From Microcystis aeruginosa NIES-2549 (GTDB lineage: Bacteria > Cyanobacteriota > Cyanobacteriia > Cyanobacteriales > Microcystaceae), in contig NZ_CP011304.1 in assembly GCF_000981785.2 (NCBI RefSeq), positions 1,440,001 to 1,472,000 on the forward strand: a stretch of 32,000 nt of DNA, in the 5' to 3' direction. Under the pieces are notes generated by a model. The model was not told where the DNA came from, did not search any database, and worked only from the letters and a program-made list of their open reading frames with translations. The position numbers and the translations under genes were made by a program. Position 1 is the stretch's first letter. Each line of letters starts with the position of its first letter. This document shows positions 8,101 to 14,820 of this stretch, piece by piece.

Positions 8101-8703
8101 GAACTCTTAAAACAATCAGTTTTAAATGGAAAATACCCTATCAATAGATTAAGAGATTTATCTTCTGATATTCAGAATGGTGTAGAAATAAGAAATTATT
8201 CTAATAGAGGTTTTCGTTATTTAAGAGTTACAGATTTAGGAAAATATGATATTAACAATAACTCTCCTCGATATGTTGATGTCACTGAAATTCCATCTAG
8301 GATAATTTTAAATGAAAGATGTCTTTTAGTTTCTCGTTCAGGTTCATTAGGCTTGATTAGTAGAGTAGAGCCAGAAATACAAAATGCAATTTTAAGTTCT
8401 CATATTTTTAAAGTTGAGCTTGATATAAACATTATTGTTCCAGAATATGCTGAAGCATTTCTCCGTAGTAAAGTCGGTCAATTGGAGATTTTTAGGGAAA
8501 ATAATGGAGGTGTTATTCCAGAAATCAATCAAATAGCTTTAGGAAAAATACTTATTCCATTCCCTCCTCTTGAAAAACAAATCGAAATTAGTGAGCATAT
8601 CACGGCAATTCGTAATCAAGCCAAACAACTCCAACAACAAGCCAAAGACGACCTAGAAAAAGCTAAACAGGAAGTCGAAGCCATGATTTTAGGTGATGAC
8701 TAA
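5125..8703 (+). CDS. Single-polypeptide restriction-modification-specificity fusion: HsdR_N-like PD-(D/E)XK nuclease module, gamma-class N6-adenine DNA methyltransferase, and two HsdS-like target recognition domains (Type IIB/IIG-like, AloI/CjeI architecture)
   Basis: - Nuclease motif: EADIIVY...HIVVECKK, with D75 at nt 5347-5349 and E92-x-K94 at nt 5398-5406.
- Methyltransferase motif I: LDTSCGSGGF (nt 6172-6201).
- Methyltransferase motif IV: NPPF (nt 6499-6510).
- A Lys/Glu-rich spacer follows the methyltransferase.
- TRD1 starts at about nt 7348 (LDPHFYEPKF) and TRD2 at about nt 8062 (GDRFDSYYY).
- HsdS-type helical spacers are present: KQKELEAQQLLESIDDYLLGELGI and LEKQIEISEHITAIRNQAKQLQQQ. 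Confidence 0.8.
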   Translation: MSLIQEGIKKGLIKLDDEEKYITYINQNKKRNYSNPEEQVQAETFLKLVLTYGYAQKRIRLFVPVVMGSSTKEADIIVYNDDGHKSPHIVVECKKQEVSELEFTQAVEQGFSYAVAEGAKYVWITSGIKDEYYQVPTEKPKERITITDIPQSGVETLARFKYAKGGGISNGQKLFELTVVTEDELTRRFKQAHQSLWGGGELNPSEAFDELDKLIFCKIWDEKKARKVGEPYDFQIFSVAPKANEKEEERKQRENKQLSERIKALYEEGRRADAEVFKDDIRLSPEKLRTVVGYLESINLGETDLDSKGRAFETFMGSFFRGDFGQYFTPRPIVKFIVDVLPIKHNSLVLDTSCGSGGFLLHALEKVRREADEYYPNYQTDPKEYNKHYQHWHNFAQSNLFGIEINEQIARVAKMNMIIHDDGHTNVIAADGLRDSEDLIKRTENKGFTYNRFDFVITNPPFGSVIKQTEQAYISQYSFAMKAVDWLNPKSRTTERDSQSTEVLFLEQCHRFLKEGGYLAMVVPDGILTNSSLQYVREGIEEKYRIVAVVSMPQTAFSATGAGVKSSVLFLKKHSQAVTESIQQAKLALQDQIKQGNDYLKLLDKIENNKKRHLKELRGFDNAQNLSGKALTDSELYKEWKKSVTAEYNDQIEALKESLSDQYAEEKQKVIEDYPIFMAIAEDIGYDATGKPTNNNELDFIGRELARFIESIESAKDSFFLSLDVDKDKIFLVNLQGLEGRLDPHFYEPKFIENEIKLQKIGCTKLAHQSLSIFSGITPKSGGDAYCEMNVGIPFIRSGDFLENGNINFSELLYIKPDIHNGIMKGSQLKKNDLLIAIVGATIGKVGIYQDARDSNINQAIAAVRLKQNLKPEFVRAFLLTPIGQKVIDRIKRPVARANLNLEEVGSFLIPNFSISKQNKIILAMENAYAAKKQKELEAQQLLESIDDYLLGELGIELPEPEENTIQNRVFIRNLSEVSGDRFDSYYYKNIFELLKQSVLNGKYPINRLRDLSSDIQNGVEIRNYSNRGFRYLRVTDLGKYDINNNSPRYVDVTEIPSRIILNERCLLVSRSGSLGLISRVEPEIQNAILSSHIFKVELDINIIVPEYAEAFLRSKVGQLEIFRENNGGVIPEINQIALGKILIPFPPLEKQIEISEHITAIRNQAKQLQQQAKDDLEKAKQEVEAMILGDD

Positions 8704-8717
8704 AAGCCTAATTTATC

Positions 8718-8859
8718 GGCTCTTCTAGGTTCTGTGTGATCAGTTTAACTTACAATATGATCGATCTTTGTGTCCTCTGTGTCTTTGTGGTTCCTTCCAC
8801 TCCCTCGCCAACAGGACTGTATCTTAGAATCCATTTTACCCACCAAACCTAAGAGAGCC
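8718..8859 (-). mobile_element. MITE copy B (inverted relative to copies A and C)
   Basis: The terminal inverted repeats are ggctcttctaggt (8718-8730) and acctaagagagcc (8847-8859, reverse complement ggctctcttaggt). The internal sequence is the reverse complement of the core shared with copies A and C. It fills the gap between the R-M-S stop (8703) and the cruG-like stop (8866). Confidence 0.7.
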
Positions 8860-8865
8860 ATATTT

Positions 8866-10053
8866 TTAATACAATCGACCGCGCCAACTTTGGGGACGGG
8901 TAAAAGCAGAGATAAAAATGCGGATAACTGCCAGCGGATCTGCGAGGGGAGATAGCCAAAATAATCCCGAAGATAGATTGACTTTTTCGCCCCGATAGTA
9001 ACTAGGAGAGACAGCCAATAAAAGGGCAAAACGAATCAATAACAGCAGCAGGTTTAAAGTCAAAACAATTTGTAAACTCAGGAAATTGTAGCCAAAAATC
9101 AAAGCTGTGAGCAGTAAAGGAGTGATAATTATCGGTAATCCCTGAGTAAGAGCTAATAAAGCTAAATCGCCCCATAATTGCCCCTGATAGGAGGCATCTT
9201 TGAGGTCAAGGGATCTGCCCCATTCGCGCCAAGTTTCCTTAAGTCCTTCGTACATCCGCACGCGAATCAACTTCGCCCCATCGAGAAATCCCACCCGATA
9301 GCCTTTCGTTGCCGCTAGACGGGCCAGGGTGACATCATCGCAAAAAGAACCTTTTGCCCCGCTATAACCGTCTAAAGCCGCTAAAACTGACCGGCGGCAG
9401 AGAAAACATTGACCATTGGCCATGACTCGTTCGGGATCTTGCCCGCGCACTCCGGCCGCATCAAAGCGATAGAGCAAAGTCATCAATAAAGCCGGCTGTA
9501 ACCACCATTCTCCCGGATAGGAGAGGATAAATTGCGGCGACAGGGAAACTAAATCATAACCTTCTGCGATCGCAGCTTTAACTAAACTGGCGACTAAATT
9601 TGCTTGGGGTTGGGTATCGGCATCAATGCCCAAAATCCAGTCACTTTCAGGAGAACTAAACAAAAAACCATTATGTAACGCCCAGGGACGACCTACCCAA
9701 TCGGGAGGCAAAGCATAATCGGTTTTCAAGCGAAAGCGGGGGTCTTTTGCCGCCATCTCCTTGACTTTTTCCCGCGTACCATCTTGGGAATTGCTATCGA
9801 CAATCAGAATTTCTCGCACTTCGTAACTCTGTTGACTCAATCCCCGTAAACAACCGTCAATCCTGGCCACTTCGTTTAACGTCGGCACAATCACGCTTAC
9901 TGTCCCTAACATTTCTGGGGTGGCAGGTTGGGGAGTCAGGGGAGGACGACGACGCGCCCCTTTTAGCAGACGGGAAAGAAGGATAAAAAATGCAACAGCC
10001 TGAGACAGCAGTAGCCCCAGGCAGAATGCACCGAGAATTATCTCAGTTAACAA
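8866..10053 (-). CDS. cruG: Family-2 glycosyltransferase with N- and C-terminal transmembrane segments; likely carotenoid (myxol) 2'-O-glycosyltransferase CruG
   Basis: GT2 motifs are present: VSVIVPTLNE...ILIVDSNSQDGT...GIDADT. It sits 1 nt downstream of the stop of a carotenoid-biosynthesis-family (CruF-like) gene, which is the arrangement described for cruF-cruG in cyanobacteria. The start in the ORF track is TTG at 10053, and no nearby ATG keeps the N-terminal helix. The functional assignment is by context. Confidence 0.6.
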   Translation of the reverse strand: MLTEIILGAFCLGLLLSQAVAFFILLSRLLKGARRRPPLTPQPATPEMLGTVSVIVPTLNEVARIDGCLRGLSQQSYEVREILIVDSNSQDGTREKVKEMAAKDPRFRLKTDYALPPDWVGRPWALHNGFLFSSPESDWILGIDADTQPQANLVASLVKAAIAEGYDLVSLSPQFILSYPGEWWLQPALLMTLLYRFDAAGVRGQDPERVMANGQCFLCRRSVLAALDGYSGAKGSFCDDVTLARLAATKGYRVGFLDGAKLIRVRMYEGLKETWREWGRSLDLKDASYQGQLWGDLALLALTQGLPIIITPLLLTALIFGYNFLSLQIVLTLNLLLLLIRFALLLAVSPSYYRGEKVNLSSGLFWLSPLADPLAVIRIFISAFTRPQSWRGRLY

Positions 10054-10054
10054 C

Positions 10055-10969
10055 TTATTTGGCTCCTCTCACCGAAACAACGGGGATTTTTAGGGTTGTT
10101 ACTTCGCTGGTTGCCACTGTTTGCCCGGAAGCAACAGTCTTGGCGCGATTATAGAGGAGTATTAAAGGCAGAATACCGGTGAGTAATCCTAGGAAAATCG
10201 GCGGATAAATACCAGCACCCATACTCATGACCGTAGCAAAGCCAAAATTACCCAAATACATCACAAAAGGTAGGGTTAAATCTTGACTTGGCAGTTTCAC
10301 CGGTTGCACTTGCCAGATTAAAGTGGCTACCGTCATAAAAACACAGCCTGTACCGAACCAACCGGCAAAATTTTCATAGGGCATCCCAAAGAAGGCCCCC
10401 GGTTGTTCCCAAATCCAGAAGGGCATGGTAGTTTGACTCATGGCCGGATCTAGGACAAAATCCCAGGAAGTTAATAATACCGCCCCGATAGCGATCGCTC
10501 CTAGATTTTGTAGCCATTGGGGTATAGCAAGAGTGGATAAACCAACGCGAGCGATGATATAGGCACTAAAACCGAGATAAAACCAAGATAGGGGGATGGT
10601 AAAGGGTACTAAACCCGCAATTTTGTAACCTAAGCCCGAAAGATAACGATAATGACCGAAAGGAAAGCCGGTACTGGTTCCTAATAGTTCGCTACAAAGG
10701 GATAAACTGATAGCGGGAACCATGAATCCTAACCAGTGCCACACTCCTAGAGTCCGATAGGCATAAACAGCCACCGCTGCCATTCCTAACACCATATACA
10801 CCACACCCCCCCCGGCCATTGACCAAGCAAAGGCGGTTTTGCCAAAATCCGGTAAATTGGCCACAAATTCGGGATGAGGCAAGACTAGCAACAATCCCGC
10901 TAGTCCAAAAGCCATCGATACAATATGACCGATGAGCAGAGCTTTTTCGATCGCAATTAGTCGTCTCAT
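10055..10969 (-). CDS. cruF: Carotenoid biosynthesis protein family membrane protein (Caroten_synth/DUF422); likely gamma-carotene 1'-hydroxylase CruF
   Basis: It is a polytopic membrane protein with the family-typical segment ELLGTSTGFPFGHYRYLSGLGYKIAGLVPFTIPLSWFY. It is paired with the GT2 gene immediately downstream. Confidence 0.6.
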   Translation of the reverse strand: MRRLIAIEKALLIGHIVSMAFGLAGLLLVLPHPEFVANLPDFGKTAFAWSMAGGGVVYMVLGMAAVAVYAYRTLGVWHWLGFMVPAISLSLCSELLGTSTGFPFGHYRYLSGLGYKIAGLVPFTIPLSWFYLGFSAYIIARVGLSTLAIPQWLQNLGAIAIGAVLLTSWDFVLDPAMSQTTMPFWIWEQPGAFFGMPYENFAGWFGTGCVFMTVATLIWQVQPVKLPSQDLTLPFVMYLGNFGFATVMSMGAGIYPPIFLGLLTGILPLILLYNRAKTVASGQTVATSEVTTLKIPVVSVRGAK

Positions 10970-11472
10970 TAAATCTCTAGCACTGCGAAAGGATAATCAT
11001 TTTCAAGTTTACAAATCTTTATTAAAGAATTATTACGCAGATCGGTCACTTTCGGCAAAAAAGTTTTAGGGGGGTTAGGGAGTTTCCTGTAGTGGTGGTT
11101 TAGGAGTCCCTAGGCAGTCCCGATGAAAAAATTTTCACCCCCACAGATGAAAGAGGTTTCCTTCCCCACACCCTACACCCCACACCCTCTTTCAAGTCAG
11201 GAGAATCAAGAACGAATAATAATCAATCAAATTGTCTATTTAGAGATTTTATGCTATTTTATAGTTAGTTTTTTCAGTTTTTCGACCCCCAAAAATTAAT
11301 TATGCAAGGCGCAATGACTAAAAATACCTGAAAATAGATGTTAACAATCATGCTTTTAGCCTAAAAAAAGGGCATTCTAAGGTTAAGTCCTCTCGATCAC
11401 CCTGGAATTGCAGCGGTTCTTAAAAAAAACTCTCTCCACCAGACTCACTATAATTAAAACGGTAGCCTAGTT

Positions 11473-13011
11473 ATGTCGGCAGAATCTAGACATCGGCGCC
11501 TACTTGCCAATCGATACCAACTGGTCGAGTTGATCGGTAGCGGTGCCATGGGACAAGTATATCGAGCGGAAGATAAACTCTTAGGTGGCGTAACCGTCGC
11601 CGTGAAATTCCTCTCGCAAACTCTCCTCAACAAAAAAATGCGCGAGCGTTTCGAGCGAGAGGCAACTATTTCGGCACTTTTAGGCGAAAAAAGTATTCAT
11701 ATTGTTAAAGTTCGTGATTATGGTGTAGATGAAAAGGAAGTCCCCTTCTACGTCATGGAATTTTTGCAGGGGGAAAGCATAGGAGAAATCATCAAATATC
11801 ACCCGCTGCCCCTCCCGCGCTTTTTCAATCTCACCCGTCAGATTTGTTTCGGCATCGAATGCGCCCATAAGGGTATTATCTTCCAAGGCGAGATGTGTCC
11901 GATTATTCACCGGGACATCAAACCTAGTAATATTATCGTGATTCAGGACTCAGGATTAGGGGAATTGGTGAAAATTCTCGATTTTGGCATCGCTAAACTC
12001 ATCCAATCGGGAGAATCCCAAACCCAATCGTTTATGGGAACCTTAGCCTATTGTTCCCCAGAACAGATGGAAGGTAAAGAACTCGATCATCGTTCCGATA
12101 TCTACAGTTTCGGCATCGTGATGTACGAGATGATCACGGGAGAAACACCCCTTTTTCCCGATAATTCCTCCTTTGGCGGTTGGTATGAGGTTCACCACTA
12201 CGCTGAACCCCGTGCCTTTAATCCTAGCTTGCAATTACCGCCAGAATTAGAACAGTTAATCCTGCGCTGTTTAGCCAAAGCACCCAGCGATCGACCGCAA
12301 AGTGTTACAGATATACTACAACTTCTCGAACGACTCGAACCCCTAGTCAAAAATAATCAACCCAATAAATTGAATCGTATCGGTGAAATAGTCCAAAAAA
12401 TCGACGATTACACCACCAAAACTAAAACCCTTGATGATTTAGATCGAACCAGTGTTGCTGTCCCTAGTACCAAGGATATCTGTCTCAAGTCCAGTTGGCC
12501 CGAGGATAAACCGCGCCAAAAAATCGTCTTCCCACGCTGTATCAAGGCTGCTGACGGCGTTTTTGCCAGTTTATGGGTAATGTTGGATCGAGAAGATATC
12601 CCCGTTCGGGTTGCTAGTGTCCGTTATAATCAATTCCTCTTTTTACCCACACCCCACCCGATGATTCTCTGGATTACTGTCCTCTATCATCGTCAACAGG
12701 GGCCCCGCTGGTTGCCCTGTTATTTGGACTTAAAAACCCCCCAGGGTCAAAAAATGACCAAAACCCTCGGCGAAACCGGTCAATACTGGATTTTATTTTT
12801 CTCCCTCGAAGGCGGCCATATCTGTGAAAATGTGATCACCGCTAATATTCCTCCCAATCAATGCCAAATTTTGCAGCAATGGGTGAGAGATAGTCAATTA
12901 GCCCCAGTGGGCAGCCCGCAAATTAGCAAGCGGACGTTAAAACGGAAACTTGATGAACTTAAACCCAAAATTTTGGCCAAATTAGCCTCAGAATTAGCCC
13001 AAGACACATAA
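11473..13011 (+). CDS. Hanks-type Ser/Thr protein kinase with an uncharacterised ~225-aa C-terminal domain
   Basis: - G-loop: GSGAMGQVY
- VAVKF
- Catalytic loop: HRDIKPSNI
- DFGIAK
- GTLAYCSPEQ

The kinase domain spans about nt 11515-12330. I recognise no motif in the rest. Confidence 0.85.
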   Translation: MSAESRHRRLLANRYQLVELIGSGAMGQVYRAEDKLLGGVTVAVKFLSQTLLNKKMRERFEREATISALLGEKSIHIVKVRDYGVDEKEVPFYVMEFLQGESIGEIIKYHPLPLPRFFNLTRQICFGIECAHKGIIFQGEMCPIIHRDIKPSNIIVIQDSGLGELVKILDFGIAKLIQSGESQTQSFMGTLAYCSPEQMEGKELDHRSDIYSFGIVMYEMITGETPLFPDNSSFGGWYEVHHYAEPRAFNPSLQLPPELEQLILRCLAKAPSDRPQSVTDILQLLERLEPLVKNNQPNKLNRIGEIVQKIDDYTTKTKTLDDLDRTSVAVPSTKDICLKSSWPEDKPRQKIVFPRCIKAADGVFASLWVMLDREDIPVRVASVRYNQFLFLPTPHPMILWITVLYHRQQGPRWLPCYLDLKTPQGQKMTKTLGETGQYWILFFSLEGGHICENVITANIPPNQCQILQQWVRDSQLAPVGSPQISKRTLKRKLDELKPKILAKLASELAQDT

Positions 13012-13036
13012 ATTTAACTTTCTAAAAAATCAAATC

Positions 13037-13063
13037 GGGGGGGTATTAACTAACCCCCTTTTT
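13037..13063. terminator. Putative bidirectional intrinsic terminator between the convergent kinase and GH57 genes
   Basis: The sequence is gggggggt-attaacta-accccc followed by ttttt. The core stem is gggggt/accccc (13039-13044 and 13053-13058) and the T5 run is at 13059-13063. An A/T-rich run precedes it, serving the opposite strand. Confidence 0.55.
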
Positions 13064-13083
13064 ATCTATACTACTCACCCAGA

Positions 13084-14673
13084 TTACAGAGGTCGATAGA
13101 CACGGTAATCAATATTGGGGAAAATATTATCGATTTCCTCGACTTTTTGCAACCAACCGGAGTCAATCTTCTCCGATTTCACATCTTCATAGATTTTATT
13201 TAACCGCAGCAGGTGGGAACGAGTGCGCCGGACAGCATAGGGAACCATTGTACCGGTTCGCATAATAAAGGCCCAGTCAGAAGATTGCGCTAATAATAAC
13301 TCCCGGGCCGCCTGATTTAAAGCCCGTTCCTGCAATTCATCCTCCGCTTCGTGATGACTTAATTCAATCATCCGTTCCGTGCCTTTGTGTAGGTGAGGAT
13401 AGATCCAAGCGTTAGTTTCATTCAGCCAGTATTCATGGAAACCCTTATAACCCCAACTGGATTGGGAAGGACGACAGACCTGCTGAGTCGGGTTAGCCCG
13501 GAGATAATCGGCTAAATGGGTCATTTGGTAGATATTTTGGTCATACCAGGACTTGCGGAACAGAAAATCGATAAACCAGGGTCCCTCATACCACCAGTGA
13601 CCGAATAACTCGGCATCGTAGGGGGAAACAACCAGGGGAGGACGGCCCATAATTCCCGCTAAACTCTCCACTTGCCGCTCGCGATTATACATAAAATTGC
13701 CCGCGTGTTCGGCGGCTTTTTCTTTGGCCCAGTAAGGGTCATAAAGCCCTTTTTCCGATAAACCACCGTCCCGGCTAGTAATTTTATGGTATTTGATGCC
13801 TATATTCTTGCGTTGACCGTTGGGCATGATATAGGGCTTAATATATTCGTATTCCGCTTCCCAGCCCAAATCTTTATAGAATTCCCGATAAACTATATCC
13901 CCCGGATAACCGACCTGGGAAGACCAGACCTGTTGGGAAGATTCGTGGTCACGACCGAAAGCAGCCACCCCGGTTTCCGTGAAAATGGGCGCGTAACTGC
14001 CGTAACGGGGGCGAGGACGACCGTAGAGAATACCGTGGCCATCGACGAGGAAGTAACGAATGCCCGCATCGGCTAACATTCTTTCTACCCCTTCGTAGTA
14101 GGCACATTCTGGCAACCAAATGCCCTTGGGACGACGACCGAAATTTTCCTCGTAGTGTTGACAGGCCACCTCAATTTGCGCCCAGACCGCTTGTGGGTAC
14201 ATTTTCATCAGGGGCATATAACCGTGAGTCGCACCACAGGTGATAATTTCTAGGTTATTACTGTCGAGGAATTGTTTAAATGCTTTGACCAGATCTCGAT
14301 CGTATTTTTCCCAAGTTTGTCGGATACTTTGGAAGGATTCAGCGTAATATTCGGCTAAGTAGCGAATATGTCCATTATGTTGATTATGGTCGATTTCTTT
14401 AGCAATTAATTCTTCTAACTTACCTAAGTGTTCTTCATAACGCTCTTGCAGTAACGGATCCCGCAGCATTGACACCAAAGGCGGAGTCATGCTCATGGTC
14501 ATTTTAAAATCGATACCGTCCCGCTTGAGACCTTCAAAAACTTGCAGCAGAGGGATGTAGGTTTCTGTGATTGCCTCGTATAACCATTCTTCTTCGAGGA
14601 CGTAATCGCTTTCGGGATGGCGGACGAAGGGGAGATGAGCGTGGAGAACTAGGGCAACATAGCCAAAAGCCAT
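13084..14673 (-). CDS. Glycoside hydrolase family 57 protein (GH57 alpha-glucan branching-enzyme-like)
   Basis: The N-terminus YVALVLHAHLPFVRHPESDYVLEEEWLYEAITETYIPLL, together with WLPECAY and ...PYDAELFGHWWYEGPWF, is typical of the GH57 branching-enzyme-like clade. Confidence 0.8.
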   Translation of the reverse strand: MAFGYVALVLHAHLPFVRHPESDYVLEEEWLYEAITETYIPLLQVFEGLKRDGIDFKMTMSMTPPLVSMLRDPLLQERYEEHLGKLEELIAKEIDHNQHNGHIRYLAEYYAESFQSIRQTWEKYDRDLVKAFKQFLDSNNLEIITCGATHGYMPLMKMYPQAVWAQIEVACQHYEENFGRRPKGIWLPECAYYEGVERMLADAGIRYFLVDGHGILYGRPRPRYGSYAPIFTETGVAAFGRDHESSQQVWSSQVGYPGDIVYREFYKDLGWEAEYEYIKPYIMPNGQRKNIGIKYHKITSRDGGLSEKGLYDPYWAKEKAAEHAGNFMYNRERQVESLAGIMGRPPLVVSPYDAELFGHWWYEGPWFIDFLFRKSWYDQNIYQMTHLADYLRANPTQQVCRPSQSSWGYKGFHEYWLNETNAWIYPHLHKGTERMIELSHHEAEDELQERALNQAARELLLAQSSDWAFIMRTGTMVPYAVRRTRSHLLRLNKIYEDVKSEKIDSGWLQKVEEIDNIFPNIDYRVYRPL

Positions 14674-14769
14674 AGGATTTCTTCTTAGAATTAAGGAATA
14701 AAACTTTAAGATTAGGTTGAGTAGATTTTATACTATCTTAAGCTTCTACAATAAAGAATATGATAAAAG

Positions 14770-14788
14770 TCGATCGATGATCGATCGA
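14770..14788. promoter_or_regulatory. 19-bp perfect palindrome in the GH57/sasA divergent promoter region
   Basis: The palindrome tcgatcgatgatcgatcga was read directly. It contains two CGATCG sites. There are four GATC sites when the one at 14787-14790 is counted. It ends 32 nt upstream of the sasA ATG. Confidence 0.3.
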
Positions 14789-14820
14789 TCTCGTCAATCC
14801 CTAGGTTTACTAATTTTCCG

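Noticed and set aside
8745-9029. ORFs 8745-9029 (-) and 8770-8955 (+).
   Set aside because: They span MITE copy B and the 3' end of the cruG-like gene. They are an artefact of translating the repeat.
1-9566. Absence of HIP1 (GCGATCGC) from the R-M-S gene as evidence of foreign origin.
   Set aside because: I found no HIP1 copy anywhere in the first ~9.5 kb, including the clearly native antiporter, amidase and bcp genes. The absence is therefore not specific to the R-M-S gene, and the G+C contrast is the better argument.
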